Source: Chloroflexota bacterium
GTDB taxonomy: Bacteria > Chloroflexota > Dehalococcoidia > Lucifugimonadales > Lucifugimonadaceae
NCBI GenBank assembly: GCA_002719295.1
Contig: PBHC01000012.1
Span: 84,676 to 148,675, forward strand
Direction: 5' to 3'
DNA: 64,000 nt
The notes beneath the pieces are model-generated. The model was not told the DNA's origin. It ran no database searches and worked only from the letters and a program-made list of their open reading frames with translations. Of the stretch, positions 47,303 through 56,309 are shown piece by piece. Every line of letters starts with the position of its first letter. Position 1 is the stretch's first letter. The position numbers and the translations under genes are program-made.

Positions 47303-48295
47303 TTATTTATCTCTTTTCATTGAGTAATAAGCTAAATCTTCTAGTGATTCAGTATAAACATTATTTTTTTCAATCGATTTTATGTCTTTAATAGATGATT
47401 CAATTAGATTAGAAGCTTTCTTTTTTGATTCCTCAACATGACCAGCTTTTTTGATAGTATTTACTATTTCCTTTGCTGATATTTCTTTGTCTTTTTTTGG
47501 TAAATTGAATAATTCTTCTATGTCTTTTTTTATATTTTTATCTTTTTCTCTAGCTATTATGGAAGGATAAGTCATTATTCCATTTTTCAAATCACTTCCA
47601 ACAGGTTTGCCCAATTGATTTTCTTCTCCCTCAAAATCTAGCACATCGTCAAATATTTGAAAACCTAATCCTAAGTTTCTACCATATGAATATAAATTTT
47701 GAATATTTTTTTCATTTGCTCCTCCCAGAAGCGCTCCGCTCATAGATGAAGTAGCAAATAAAGAAGCTGTTTTTTTGAAAATTACATCTAAGTAATCCTT
47801 TAAATCAATATTTACATCGTTACTGTTTTCTATTTCTTTCAGTTCTCCTTTAGCCAAATCAGAAATAGTAGAAGCAAATTGTTTAATTAACCTTATAGAG
47901 CCAGTATCACATACATATTCTGCACTAGTTGCAAAAAGAAAATCTCCAACCAAAACGGCTATATGAGGTCCCCAAATATTAGAAGCAGTCTTTTCGCCTC
48001 TTCTGGTATCAGCGAAATCAACAGTATCGTCATGAACTAAAGTGGCTATATGCAACAATTCAACAGCAGTAGCCATTTTTATCACTTTATCATCTACTTC
48101 TTTATTCCATATTTTTGAGCAAATAATTGTTAATGAAGGTCTTAGCTGCTTTCCAGGGATACTCAATACGTGATTTATAATATTTTCATTTAGATTAGAT
48201 TCTGAATTATGCTGTTCGGAGATATTATTTAGTTCTAGCATAACCATTAATAATTCATCGTTTACTAAACTAGATAGTTCTTTTTTATCCTTCAT
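47303..48295 (-). CDS. Polyprenyl diphosphate synthase (trans-IPPS, IspB/HepT-like)
   Basis: First DDxxD in LVHDDTVD and second in FQIFDDVLD. Chain length not assignable. Confidence 0.9.
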   Translation of the reverse strand: MKDKKELSSLVNDELLMVMLELNNISEQHNSESNLNENIINHVLSIPGKQLRPSLTIICSKIWNKEVDDKVIKMATAVELLHIATLVHDDTVDFADTRRGEKTASNIWGPHIAVLVGDFLFATSAEYVCDTGSIRLIKQFASTISDLAKGELKEIENSNDVNIDLKDYLDVIFKKTASLFATSSMSGALLGGANEKNIQNLYSYGRNLGLGFQIFDDVLDFEGEENQLGKPVGSDLKNGIMTYPSIIAREKDKNIKKDIEELFNLPKKDKEISAKEIVNTIKKAGHVEESKKKASNLIESSIKDIKSIEKNNVYTESLEDLAYYSMKRDK

Positions 48296-49955
48296 TCAAA
48301 GATTTCCTATTCTCCATTAGTACTATTTCTTCGTCAAGCTTTGTAAACAAAGGCATTGGCTTTTCGAAGGTTTCTCCAGGTTTTGGCAAGATTAGATTCC
48401 ATTCATTTATTTGTTTTCCAAAAAGAATTTTCTGTAATTTTTGAGCTGAATTTGGAAGGAAAGGTTCTAAAATTGAACTAAGCGCATGAATGATTATGAT
48501 TGATTGGCCTAAAATTTCTCCTGCTTCATCCTTATTTTCCTTCATTTTTTTCCAAGGCTCATTTTTATCAAGAAATTGATTCCCATATTTTGATAATGCC
48601 ATTAATTTGTTTAGGCTTTCTCTAAATTTTCTTTTAGATATAGATTTTCCAACTTCTAAAATAGATTCATTGCACTTACTAATAATTTCTTTTGAAATTT
48701 TTGAATTAGGGTCAAAATGAGGTATTTTTCCATCATAATTTTTATGAGCCATTGTTAAAATTCTATGAATAAAATTGCCTAGATTTGCGACTAGCTCATT
48801 ATTATTTGAGCTCAAGTAACCTTCCCATGTGAAATCTGAATCAGATGCCTCAGGCATAATTGAAGTAAGGTAATATCGAAGTGAATCTGCGGAGTATTTT
48901 TCTAAAAAATCAGGTAGCCAAACAGCCCAATTTTTACTTTTTGAAAATTCTTTTCCAGAAAAGTTTAAGTATTCGTTTGCAACCACTTCTGTAGGAAGAT
49001 TTTTCCCTTCAATGCCAAGTAAAATAGCAGGTAATATAATCGAGTGAAAAGGAATATTATCTTTCCCTTGAAAGTAATATGATTCTGATTTCTCATTTTC
49101 CCAAAATTCTTTCCATTGATCAGGATTATTTGAATCCTTAAAAAGTTCAACAGTTGCTGAAATATATCCTATTACAGCTTCAAACCATACATATATTTTT
49201 TTTTCTTCCCATCCATCAACAGGTATGTCTATTCCCCAAGATAAGTCTCTTGTTATTGCTCTGTCTTTTAAACCTTCTTTAATAAATGAAAGGCTTTGAT
49301 TTTTAACATTTTGTCTCCAGTCATTTTTTGACTTTAACCAATTCTTTATTTCTTTTTCCATTTCACTTAATTTTAGAAAGAAATGAGAAGTATTCCTAAA
49401 TTCTGGTACTGATCCGTCTCTTTTAGATCTAATATTGCCTAGATCAGAAGGATCTAATGTTCTTCCGCAAACATCACATTGATCTCCTCTAGCTTTATCA
49501 TTGTTACCACAAGGACATTCTCCTTCTACTAGACGGTCACTTAAGAATATATTTTCTGTAACTGAATAAGGCATAAGTTGTTCTCTTATTTCGAGAAAGT
49601 TTTTTTCAAGTAGAGTTTGAAAAATTTCTTGAACGATTATTCTATGATTTTCTGTATGAGTATGGGTGTAAAGATCATATTGAAAATTCATTTGATCTAG
49701 AGATTTTGACCAAATATCATGATATTTTTTAGAAATTTCCTCAGGAGTTACTCCTAAATCATTTGCTAGTAAAGTAACAGGAGTCCCGTGCATATCTGAA
49801 CCTGATACCATTGCTACATTATTTCCTATAAGCCGGTTATATCTTCCAAATATATCTGCAGGGATACTCATCCCAGCGATATGTCCTAAATGAGGAGGAC
49901 CATTAACATAAGGCCAAGCAACGCAAACTAGTATATTTTTAGGTTTTGTTTCCAT
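48285..49955 (-). CDS. metG: Methionyl-tRNA synthetase (no C-terminal Trbp111-type domain)
   Basis: HIGH-type PHLGHIAG, Zn knuckle CPCGNNDKARGDQCDVCG, KMSKS-type EFSKSKN. Confidence 0.95.
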   Translation of the reverse strand: METKPKNILVCVAWPYVNGPPHLGHIAGMSIPADIFGRYNRLIGNNVAMVSGSDMHGTPVTLLANDLGVTPEEISKKYHDIWSKSLDQMNFQYDLYTHTHTENHRIIVQEIFQTLLEKNFLEIREQLMPYSVTENIFLSDRLVEGECPCGNNDKARGDQCDVCGRTLDPSDLGNIRSKRDGSVPEFRNTSHFFLKLSEMEKEIKNWLKSKNDWRQNVKNQSLSFIKEGLKDRAITRDLSWGIDIPVDGWEEKKIYVWFEAVIGYISATVELFKDSNNPDQWKEFWENEKSESYYFQGKDNIPFHSIILPAILLGIEGKNLPTEVVANEYLNFSGKEFSKSKNWAVWLPDFLEKYSADSLRYYLTSIMPEASDSDFTWEGYLSSNNNELVANLGNFIHRILTMAHKNYDGKIPHFDPNSKISKEIISKCNESILEVGKSISKRKFRESLNKLMALSKYGNQFLDKNEPWKKMKENKDEAGEILGQSIIIIHALSSILEPFLPNSAQKLQKILFGKQINEWNLILPKPGETFEKPMPLFTKLDEEIVLMENRKSLNEG

Positions 49956-50775
49956 TTTTTCTTTTTATTTCCAACCATCTTTCATATAGAAAACTTTTAT
50001 TTGTTCCACTTAAATCTGAAATCAGGTTTAATAAATTTTTGCCTTTTATGCCTTTTTCGTAACCTTCCATTAAAATTTTATCGTATTTCTCAATTAAAGA
50101 TTTAGAATAGATAATTTTTTCGTGATTAAAAATAATTACAAATTCTCCTTTTTCATTACTAAACTTATTAATAGCTTCATTTATTTCACCATAAAATATT
50201 GTTTCATAAATTTTTGTTAATTCTTTTCCTATAAAAATATTTTCTATATCAAATTCATCTTTTAGAAATTTTAAAGTTGCTTTGATTCTTCTTGGTGATT
50301 CAAAAATAATCACAGGTAAATTAGTTTCATTGGATTTTGATAATAAATGTATCTTTTGCGAATTACTTTTTGGCAAAAAACCTAAAAATGTAAACCCTTT
50401 GGATTCTATGCCTGAAACAGAAAAAGCAGAAGTCAATGAAGATACTCCAGGAATTGTTATTATATTGTGATTGTTTTTTCTTGCTAGAGATACGAATTCT
50501 CCCCCTGGATCTGAAATACCTGGCATCCCTGCATCAGAAATAAATGCAATGTCATTTTGATTTAATAATTCTAAGAAATAGTCGGAATTTAATTTTTTAT
50601 TTCGTTTGTAGATCGATACCAGTTTACTATCTACATCATATTTATTAAGGAGTTTTTTACTAACCCTGGTGTCTTCTGTAAAAATAAAATCCACTTCCTT
50701 GAAAATCTTTAAGGCTCTAAATGTTAAATCTTCTAAGTTGCCAATAGGAGTTCCTACAATATAAAGTTTTGACAA
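49939..50775 (-). CDS. rsmI: 16S rRNA (cytidine1402-2'-O)-methyltransferase
   Basis: LYIVGTPIGNLEDLTFRAL and FISDAGMPGISDPG motifs. Confidence 0.9.
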   Translation of the reverse strand: MSKLYIVGTPIGNLEDLTFRALKIFKEVDFIFTEDTRVSKKLLNKYDVDSKLVSIYKRNKKLNSDYFLELLNQNDIAFISDAGMPGISDPGGEFVSLARKNNHNIITIPGVSSLTSAFSVSGIESKGFTFLGFLPKSNSQKIHLLSKSNETNLPVIIFESPRRIKATLKFLKDEFDIENIFIGKELTKIYETIFYGEINEAINKFSNEKGEFVIIFNHEKIIYSKSLIEKYDKILMEGYEKGIKGKNLLNLISDLSGTNKSFLYERWLEIKRKNGNKT

Positions 50776-50776
50776 G

Positions 50777-51679
50777 TTATTGACTCTTTGATTGATTTAT
50801 TAGTTTCTCTACTGCAGCATTATGTTGCTCATCAGCATGGTAAGAAGATCTTACAAGTGGGCCTGCTGCTACATGGCTAAATCCCATATCCATTCCTATT
50901 TTTTGTAGTTCAGTAAATTCTTTAGGGTTATAAAATTTAATTATAGGATGATGTTTTTTTGAAGGCCTAAGGTATTGTCCTATTGTTAACAAATCTACAT
51001 TATTATCTAATAAATCTTGCATTGTTTGTATTATTTCTTCTTTTGTTTCTCCTAATCCAACCATCATGCCAGATTTAGTAGGCAAATTTGGATTTATACT
51101 TTTTGAATTTGATAGAAAATCCATTGAAAGATCATAGTCTCCTTTTGGCCTAACTTTTTTAAATACCCTTCGAACTGTTTCAATATTGTGATTCATCACA
51201 TCAGGCTCAGCTTTAATAACAATTTTCAACAAATCTTTAATTCCATTAAAATCAGGAGTCAGAACTTCAACTTTTATATTTGGTGAGAGTTTTTTTGTTT
51301 GAGAAATAGTTTTTGCAAATATTTCTGATCCAGCATCATCAAGGTCGTCTCTATCTACGGAAGTTATTACTACATAGTTAAGTTGCATTTGTTTAATTGT
51401 CATTGCAACTCTAAATGGTTCAGATTTATCAACAAACCCTGGCCAACCAGTTTTTACATTACAATATGAGCAAGCCCTAGTGCAAGTATCTCCAAGTATC
51501 ATGAAGGTTGCTGTTTTTCTATCCCAGCAATCAGCAATATTTGGACAAGCAGCTTCCTCGCATACTGTGTTTAATGATGCATTTGAAAACTTTTCTTTTA
51601 GTTCATGAAAATTTTCACCAGTTGGAAACTTTACTTTAAACCAATCTGGTAATTTTCTTTTTACTTTTACTTTCTGCAT
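50777..51679 (-). CDS. lipA: Lipoyl synthase
   Basis: Auxiliary cluster CEEAACPNIADCW, radical-SAM CTRACSYC and C-terminal RSSY. Confidence 0.95.
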   Translation of the reverse strand: MQKVKVKRKLPDWFKVKFPTGENFHELKEKFSNASLNTVCEEAACPNIADCWDRKTATFMILGDTCTRACSYCNVKTGWPGFVDKSEPFRVAMTIKQMQLNYVVITSVDRDDLDDAGSEIFAKTISQTKKLSPNIKVEVLTPDFNGIKDLLKIVIKAEPDVMNHNIETVRRVFKKVRPKGDYDLSMDFLSNSKSINPNLPTKSGMMVGLGETKEEIIQTMQDLLDNNVDLLTIGQYLRPSKKHHPIIKFYNPKEFTELQKIGMDMGFSHVAAGPLVRSSYHADEQHNAAVEKLINQSKSQ

Positions 51680-51740
51680 AATGATGAATCTTTATTCATT
51701 TAAATATTATCAGCAATCGAATATTGTTAGAATCTAATAT

Positions 51741-52979
51741 ATGGGTAAAAGAAGAAAAAAGAAATTTTATACGGGACCAAATTTAACCGAGGAACATAAT
51801 TTTTATATTGATCAAAAACTAACTATTCTAATAGAAAAATATGATTCAAATGGAGTAGGGATGGGATTTTACAAAGAAATCCCTATAGTTGTTTTTAATT
51901 CTATTATAGGCGAAGAAATAGAAATAGCTATTGAAAAAATTTTTCCAGAAAAAATTATAGGAAAAAATTTAAAAGTTAAACAATTTTCAGATAAAAGAAC
52001 CAAAATTGCTTGTGAATTCTTTGGGAATTGCACAGGTTGTCAATGGATGCATATAAATTATTCAGATCAACTTATTATGAAGAGAGATATTGTTGTAGAC
52101 CATTTATCAAAAAATGATTTATTAATTGAAGATATAGTTGAAAAAACTATTCCTTCAAAAAAAACAATTCATTACAGAAATCACGCTAGGTTTACTGTTA
52201 GAAAAAAAGATGAAAATGAGGAGATAGGATTTGTTAATTTTCTAAATAGGCAATGGACAAATGTAAATCAATGCAAAATTATGAATAAAACCATAAATAA
52301 TAGGATGGAATTACTCAGAAATAATTTACAAGGGAAAACTCAAGTAAGCATCAGAGCTTCAGATGTAACAAATTCTTATCTTATTCAACCAAAATTTGAA
52401 AATCTAGAAATAGATACAGGCCAAAAATATTACAAAGAGAAAATTTTTAATAATATCTATCAAGTTGCCAGCCCTAGTTTTTTTCAAGTAAATATTTCTC
52501 AAGTTGAAAAAATATTTAAAAAGTTATTTGATTCTGATGTTTTTTATAAAAATCAAATTGTTGTAGATGCTTACTGTGGTGTGGGTACTTTTACATGTTT
52601 GGTGTCCCCATACGTAAATAAAGTTTATGGTATTGAAGAATCTGCATCTGCCGTTATAGATGCCAAAGAGAACTCAAAAAAATATTCAAACATAGAATAT
52701 TTATTAGGAAAAACAGAAGAAGTCTTATCTGATGTTAATGAAAATATAGATTTATTATTATTAGATCCACCTCGAATAGGTTGCGATGATAAAGTTATTG
52801 AAATTATTAATAAAGTAAAACCTAAGACTATTTTATTGATTTCATGCTCTCCGGAAAATTTTGCAATTGATATATCTAAACTTGTAGGAATCTCTTACGA
52901 GGTAAAAAAAATAATACCCTTTGATATGTTCCCTCAAACCCACCATGTAGAGGTAGTAGGAGTTTTGAATTTATTATGA
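51741..52979 (+). CDS. 23S rRNA (uracil-5)-methyltransferase, RumA/RlmD family
   Basis: TRAM-like N-terminus, Fe-S Cys motif CEFFGNCTGCQWMH, SAM motif DAYCGVGTF and LLLDPPRIG. Confidence 0.85.
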   Translation: MGKRRKKKFYTGPNLTEEHNFYIDQKLTILIEKYDSNGVGMGFYKEIPIVVFNSIIGEEIEIAIEKIFPEKIIGKNLKVKQFSDKRTKIACEFFGNCTGCQWMHINYSDQLIMKRDIVVDHLSKNDLLIEDIVEKTIPSKKTIHYRNHARFTVRKKDENEEIGFVNFLNRQWTNVNQCKIMNKTINNRMELLRNNLQGKTQVSIRASDVTNSYLIQPKFENLEIDTGQKYYKEKIFNNIYQVASPSFFQVNISQVEKIFKKLFDSDVFYKNQIVVDAYCGVGTFTCLVSPYVNKVYGIEESASAVIDAKENSKKYSNIEYLLGKTEEVLSDVNENIDLLLLDPPRIGCDDKVIEIINKVKPKTILLISCSPENFAIDISKLVGISYEVKKIIPFDMFPQTHHVEVVGVLNLL

Positions 52980-53578
52980 GTGATTTTGTTTTTGCAACTA
53001 GTTCTCCTAGAAGAATTGAATTGCTAAAAAAAATTAATTTGAAATTTAAATTTGTTCCTCATGAGTTTGAAGAAAATAATGAACTAGATATAGGTCCGTA
53101 TGAATTACTCGTTCTAAATTCTGAAAAAAAATCAAGAAGTATTTTAAAAAAATATCCAAAAGATACAATTCTTGCATCAGACACAATCGTTTATAAAGAT
53201 CGTGTCATAGGGAAGCCAAAAAATAAAATGGAAGCATTGAAAATCATCAATTTCTTGAATGATAGTTTTCATACTGTAATGACTTCAATTGTAGCGATAA
53301 ACAATCAGGGAATAATTTTTTCTGGAGTTAAGACATCTCTAGTAATAACTAATAATATTTCAACTGATAAAATAAATAAGTATATTGAATCTGAGTATTA
53401 CGCGGATAAAGCTGGTGGATATGGTATTCAGAATAAAAATTTTGATTTTGTAAAAAAGTACTATGGTTGTTATGAAAATATTTTAGGTCTTCCCACTTGC
53501 CTAATTAAGGAATGTTTATCAATAATAAACATAGATAATGATTATAATTTTTCGAATTGTATAGAGAGAAATAGATGA
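52976..53578 (+). CDS. maf: Maf-like nucleoside-triphosphate pyrophosphatase
   Basis: FATSSPRRIELLKK, SDT and DKAGGYGIQ motifs. Confidence 0.9.
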   Translation: MSDFVFATSSPRRIELLKKINLKFKFVPHEFEENNELDIGPYELLVLNSEKKSRSILKKYPKDTILASDTIVYKDRVIGKPKNKMEALKIINFLNDSFHTVMTSIVAINNQGIIFSGVKTSLVITNNISTDKINKYIESEYYADKAGGYGIQNKNFDFVKKYYGCYENILGLPTCLIKECLSIINIDNDYNFSNCIERNR

Positions 53579-53853
53579 ATATATTTGGAATAGGCGGATT
53601 TGAATTATTATTAATTCTATTAATAGCATTCTTCATAGTGGGACCTTCTAATCTTTTGATTTTTATTAGAAAAACAAAAATTATATATTCAGAATTTAAG
53701 CAAAAAAGAGACGAGTTGATTTCAGTAGTAGAACAAACTATAGAAATAGATGATGATATTGAAGAGCTTAAAAATATAAAAGAAAGCTTATCGGATGTTT
53801 CTGATAAGACTACAAAATCAATAAATAGAATGAAAAAAGATTTGGAAAAATAA
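53575..53853 (+). CDS. tatB: Twin-arginine translocase subunit, TatB-like
   Basis: FGIGGFELLLILLIAFFIVGPSNL matches the TatB N-terminal pattern (GF.ELLL...I...V.GP..L), followed by an amphipathic helix. ATGA overlap with maf. Confidence 0.7.
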   Translation: MNIFGIGGFELLLILLIAFFIVGPSNLLIFIRKTKIIYSEFKQKRDELISVVEQTIEIDDDIEELKNIKESLSDVSDKTTKSINRMKKDLEK

Positions 53854-53856
53854 CTT

Positions 53857-54708
53857 TTGATTGAAGATAAGCCTGTAAATATTTTAGATCATTTCAGAGA
53901 GATTAAAAAAAGATTAATAAGATATTTTATTTTTCTAGGAATTTTTATTGTTACTTCTTTGATCTTTTTTAAACAAATTATAAATATATTTATTGAACCT
54001 GCGAATAAAATATTTATCAATTCAGGTGTAGAGGGAAGTATAGTATTTGGTAGAGTCACAGAAGCTTGGGGCGCTGCTGCTAGAACCTCTATAATTTTGG
54101 GTTTTTCTTTGTCTATACCTTTTTTACTTTATGAAATAATTATGTTCCTACGACCAGGATTAATGGGGAGAGAGAGATTTTATGTATATTTATTAATTCC
54201 TTTCTGTTTTATATTTTTTATATTGGGGGCAGCTTTCGGTTATTTTTTTGTTATTCCTAGTGCATTGAACTTCCTAATTAATTTTGGAGATGATATAGCT
54301 CAACCCATGATTAATATTGGCCCTCTTACTTCTTTGATGTTTTCAATGATGTTTTGGATGGGTTTAATTTTTCAAATTCCTTTGATTATGTTTTTATTAG
54401 GAAGCCTCGGAATTATAACTAATGATTCATTATCGAAGTACAGAAGGTGGGTCATTCTTATATCTTTTATATTGGGAGCATTGATTACTCCTACGGTAGA
54501 CCCTATAACTCAAATTACGGTAGCTTTACCTATAATTCTATTATTTGAGGTTGGTTTGGTACTAATAAAGATTACTTCACCAGGGAAAAAGTCAAAAAGA
54601 TTTTATTTTAGTTTATTTGTAATAATCTCACTAGTTGTGTTAGCGATTTTAGGTATATTTTTTTTAAAATTAGATTCAAATAATTACTTCAGTAATATTT
54701 TAAGCTAA
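53857..54708 (+). CDS. tatC: Twin-arginine translocase subunit TatC
   Basis: 283 aa, 6 TM helices, HFREIKKRL N-terminus, conserved PGL and TPTVDP segments. TTG start. Confidence 0.9.
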   Translation: MIEDKPVNILDHFREIKKRLIRYFIFLGIFIVTSLIFFKQIINIFIEPANKIFINSGVEGSIVFGRVTEAWGAAARTSIILGFSLSIPFLLYEIIMFLRPGLMGRERFYVYLLIPFCFIFFILGAAFGYFFVIPSALNFLINFGDDIAQPMINIGPLTSLMFSMMFWMGLIFQIPLIMFLLGSLGIITNDSLSKYRRWVILISFILGALITPTVDPITQITVALPIILLFEVGLVLIKITSPGKKSKRFYFSLFVIISLVVLAILGIFFLKLDSNNYFSNILS

Positions 54709-54875
54709 TCTTTGTCTTCTTTTTTTTCAGATTTACTGATTGCAGTTTTGAACTCGTTTATTGCTTGCCCTAATCCTTTTCCTACTTGAGGCAACTTTCC
54801 TACACCAAATAGAACTAGAATCACAACTACAATTAATACTAACTGTAATGGTCCTAAATTTTGAATAAATCCCAT
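54705..54875 (-). CDS. tatA: Twin-arginine translocase subunit TatA/E (56 aa; below the ORF-track cutoff)
   Basis: My own translation gives MGFIQNLGPLQLVLIVVVILVLFGVGKLPQVGKGLGQAINEFKTAISKSEKKEDKD*. This has the canonical TatA TM plus FG.gKLP..g..lG.....FK hinge/amphipathic helix. Its stop overlaps the convergent tatC stop. Confidence 0.85.
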   Translation of the reverse strand: MGFIQNLGPLQLVLIVVVILVLFGVGKLPQVGKGLGQAINEFKTAISKSEKKEDKD

Positions 54876-54949
54876 ACTTTTCCTAATGTTTTTTAGAATT
54901 ATTTTAATGATAGCAAATTATCAAATAATCTATCAGGTCTCTTTGTTAC

Positions 54950-55597
54950 CTATTTACCAGGCATATATCTCCACACAGCAACAACTTTGCCCAAAATACT
55001 AACATTATTTGATGGAAAAAACATAGGATCCATTAGAGGGTTTTCAGGTTGTAATCTAGTATTTTCTCCTTCTCTAAAAATCCTTTTAAGCGTTGTTTCA
55101 TTTTCTGAATCGATTTTAGCCGCCACCATCTCTCCATTTTTAGCTTCATTAGTTTTTTCTAATATAATAGTATCTCCATCTCCTATTAATGCGTCAATCA
55201 TAGAAAACCCGGAAACCTTAAGTGCAAAAATTTTATCTTCTATGTATGAAAAATTCTCAGGAAGTTCTATTGTATCTAAATCATCAATATCCCATCTGCT
55301 ATCTTCAACTAAAGGGAATGGTTGGCCTGCTGTTATTGTTCCTAATACAGGGACCTTTATGTTCTGATTTTTTTCAATATTATTTAGGCTAATACTTCTT
55401 GAAACTTCTGAGTCTCTATTCATTAGCCCTTTTTCTTGCAATCGGTCTAAATTATATTTCACTACAGAAGTTGAAGAAATATCACAATTATTTTGGATGT
55501 CTCTAATTGAAGGTGGATATCCGTATTCTTCAATGTAACTTTGAATAAAATTTAGAATATCTATTTGTTTTTGTGTTAGAGGTTTAGAGTTTCTCAT
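54950..55597 (-). CDS. lexA: LexA repressor
   Basis: Winged-helix N-terminus (LTQKQIDILNFIQSYIEEYGYPPSIRDI), Ala-Gly cleavage site (TITAGQP), and an S24 Ser (GFSM) and Lys (TLKR). Confidence 0.9.
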   Translation of the reverse strand: MRNSKPLTQKQIDILNFIQSYIEEYGYPPSIRDIQNNCDISSTSVVKYNLDRLQEKGLMNRDSEVSRSISLNNIEKNQNIKVPVLGTITAGQPFPLVEDSRWDIDDLDTIELPENFSYIEDKIFALKVSGFSMIDALIGDGDTIILEKTNEAKNGEMVAAKIDSENETTLKRIFREGENTRLQPENPLMDPMFFPSNNVSILGKVVAVWRYMPGK

Positions 55598-55613
55598 AAT
55601 TTCAACATATGGT

Positions 55614-55623
55614 ACATTAATGT
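55614..55623. promoter_or_regulatory. 10-bp perfect palindrome ACATTAATGT, 17-26 nt upstream of the lexA start (candidate operator)
   Basis: Read directly. Embedded in TTGACATTAATGTACCATATG on the lexA strand. No GAAC-N4-GTTC or CTGT-N8-ACAG box is present in the 50-nt intergenic region. Confidence 0.2.
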
Positions 55624-55647
55624 CAACGTCAAATCTTATGTCCTCAA

Positions 55648-56049
55648 TTAATGAGGATGATCTTCAAATGTTATTCCTTCAATATTTTGTGGAGGGCTAT
55701 TTTCATCTTCACTGAAACCGAATCCTATAAAGTGTGGAGGTGGGTTTTTTACGGTCAATTGAGCCGGTTTAGTTTTACTTATTGATTCCACTCCACCTTT
55801 TACAATTACTTCAAGGCCATCTTGAAGGATTATCTTATCTGTTTCTACTATACCTCTTGGATTATTTAATTCTTTGGATTCTTTAGTATAAATGCCCCAG
55901 TTTATAAGACCTTCATATTCAGCAGGAAGTATTATTCTCCATTTAGAAATTAATCCAGAGTGAGGACTTATTGAAACTATAATACTTGATTCAGGATCGG
56001 AAGGATCCCCGTGATCTATTTCCCAGTTATATAAAGAACCGTTTTGCAA
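55648..56049 (-). CDS. Hypothetical 133-aa protein, in frame with and directly abutting the rpsT stop codon
   Basis: Complex, non-AT-biased composition (WEIDHGDPSDPESS..., KNPPPHFIGFGFSEDENSPPQN). The only canonical start before codon ~87 is the TTG at 56049, immediately after the rpsT TAA. Confidence 0.55.
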   Translation of the reverse strand: MQNGSLYNWEIDHGDPSDPESSIIVSISPHSGLISKWRIILPAEYEGLINWGIYTKESKELNNPRGIVETDKIILQDGLEVIVKGGVESISKTKPAQLTVKNPPPHFIGFGFSEDENSPPQNIEGITFEDHPH

Positions 56050-56304
56050 TTACTTAGATTTATTGACTAATTGTTGAAGTCTAGATTTTTTTCTCGATGC
56101 GTTATTTTTGTGGATGACGTTCTTTTTAGCTGCTCTATCAAGAACTTTTGATGCTTCTCTAAGCAGTTTTTCAGTCTCTTCAGCAGAATCTTTTGCTGAA
56201 ACACTATTTCTTAATCTAGTTATTGAAGATTTTATAGCAGTCTTTATCGACAAATTTACATTATATTTGTTTGATTGACTTCTATTAGATTTTAAGCTTG
56301 GCAT
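56050..56304 (-). CDS. rpsT: 30S ribosomal protein S20
   Basis: 84 aa, highly basic. The segments KSNRSQSNKYN...IKTAIKS...AAKKNVIHKNNASRKKSRL are typical of S20. Confidence 0.9.
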   Translation of the reverse strand: MPSLKSNRSQSNKYNVNLSIKTAIKSSITRLRNSVSAKDSAEETEKLLREASKVLDRAAKKNVIHKNNASRKKSRLQQLVNKSK

Positions 56305-56309
56305 GATTT

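Noticed and set aside
56050-56052. Reassignment of TAA (alternative genetic code) as the explanation for the rpsT/orf133 in-frame junction
   Set aside because: TAA terminates many conserved genes in this window at their expected lengths (rny, tatC, macB-like permease, tldD, dnaE and others), so the standard bacterial code applies. Only local read-through or reinitiation remains plausible.
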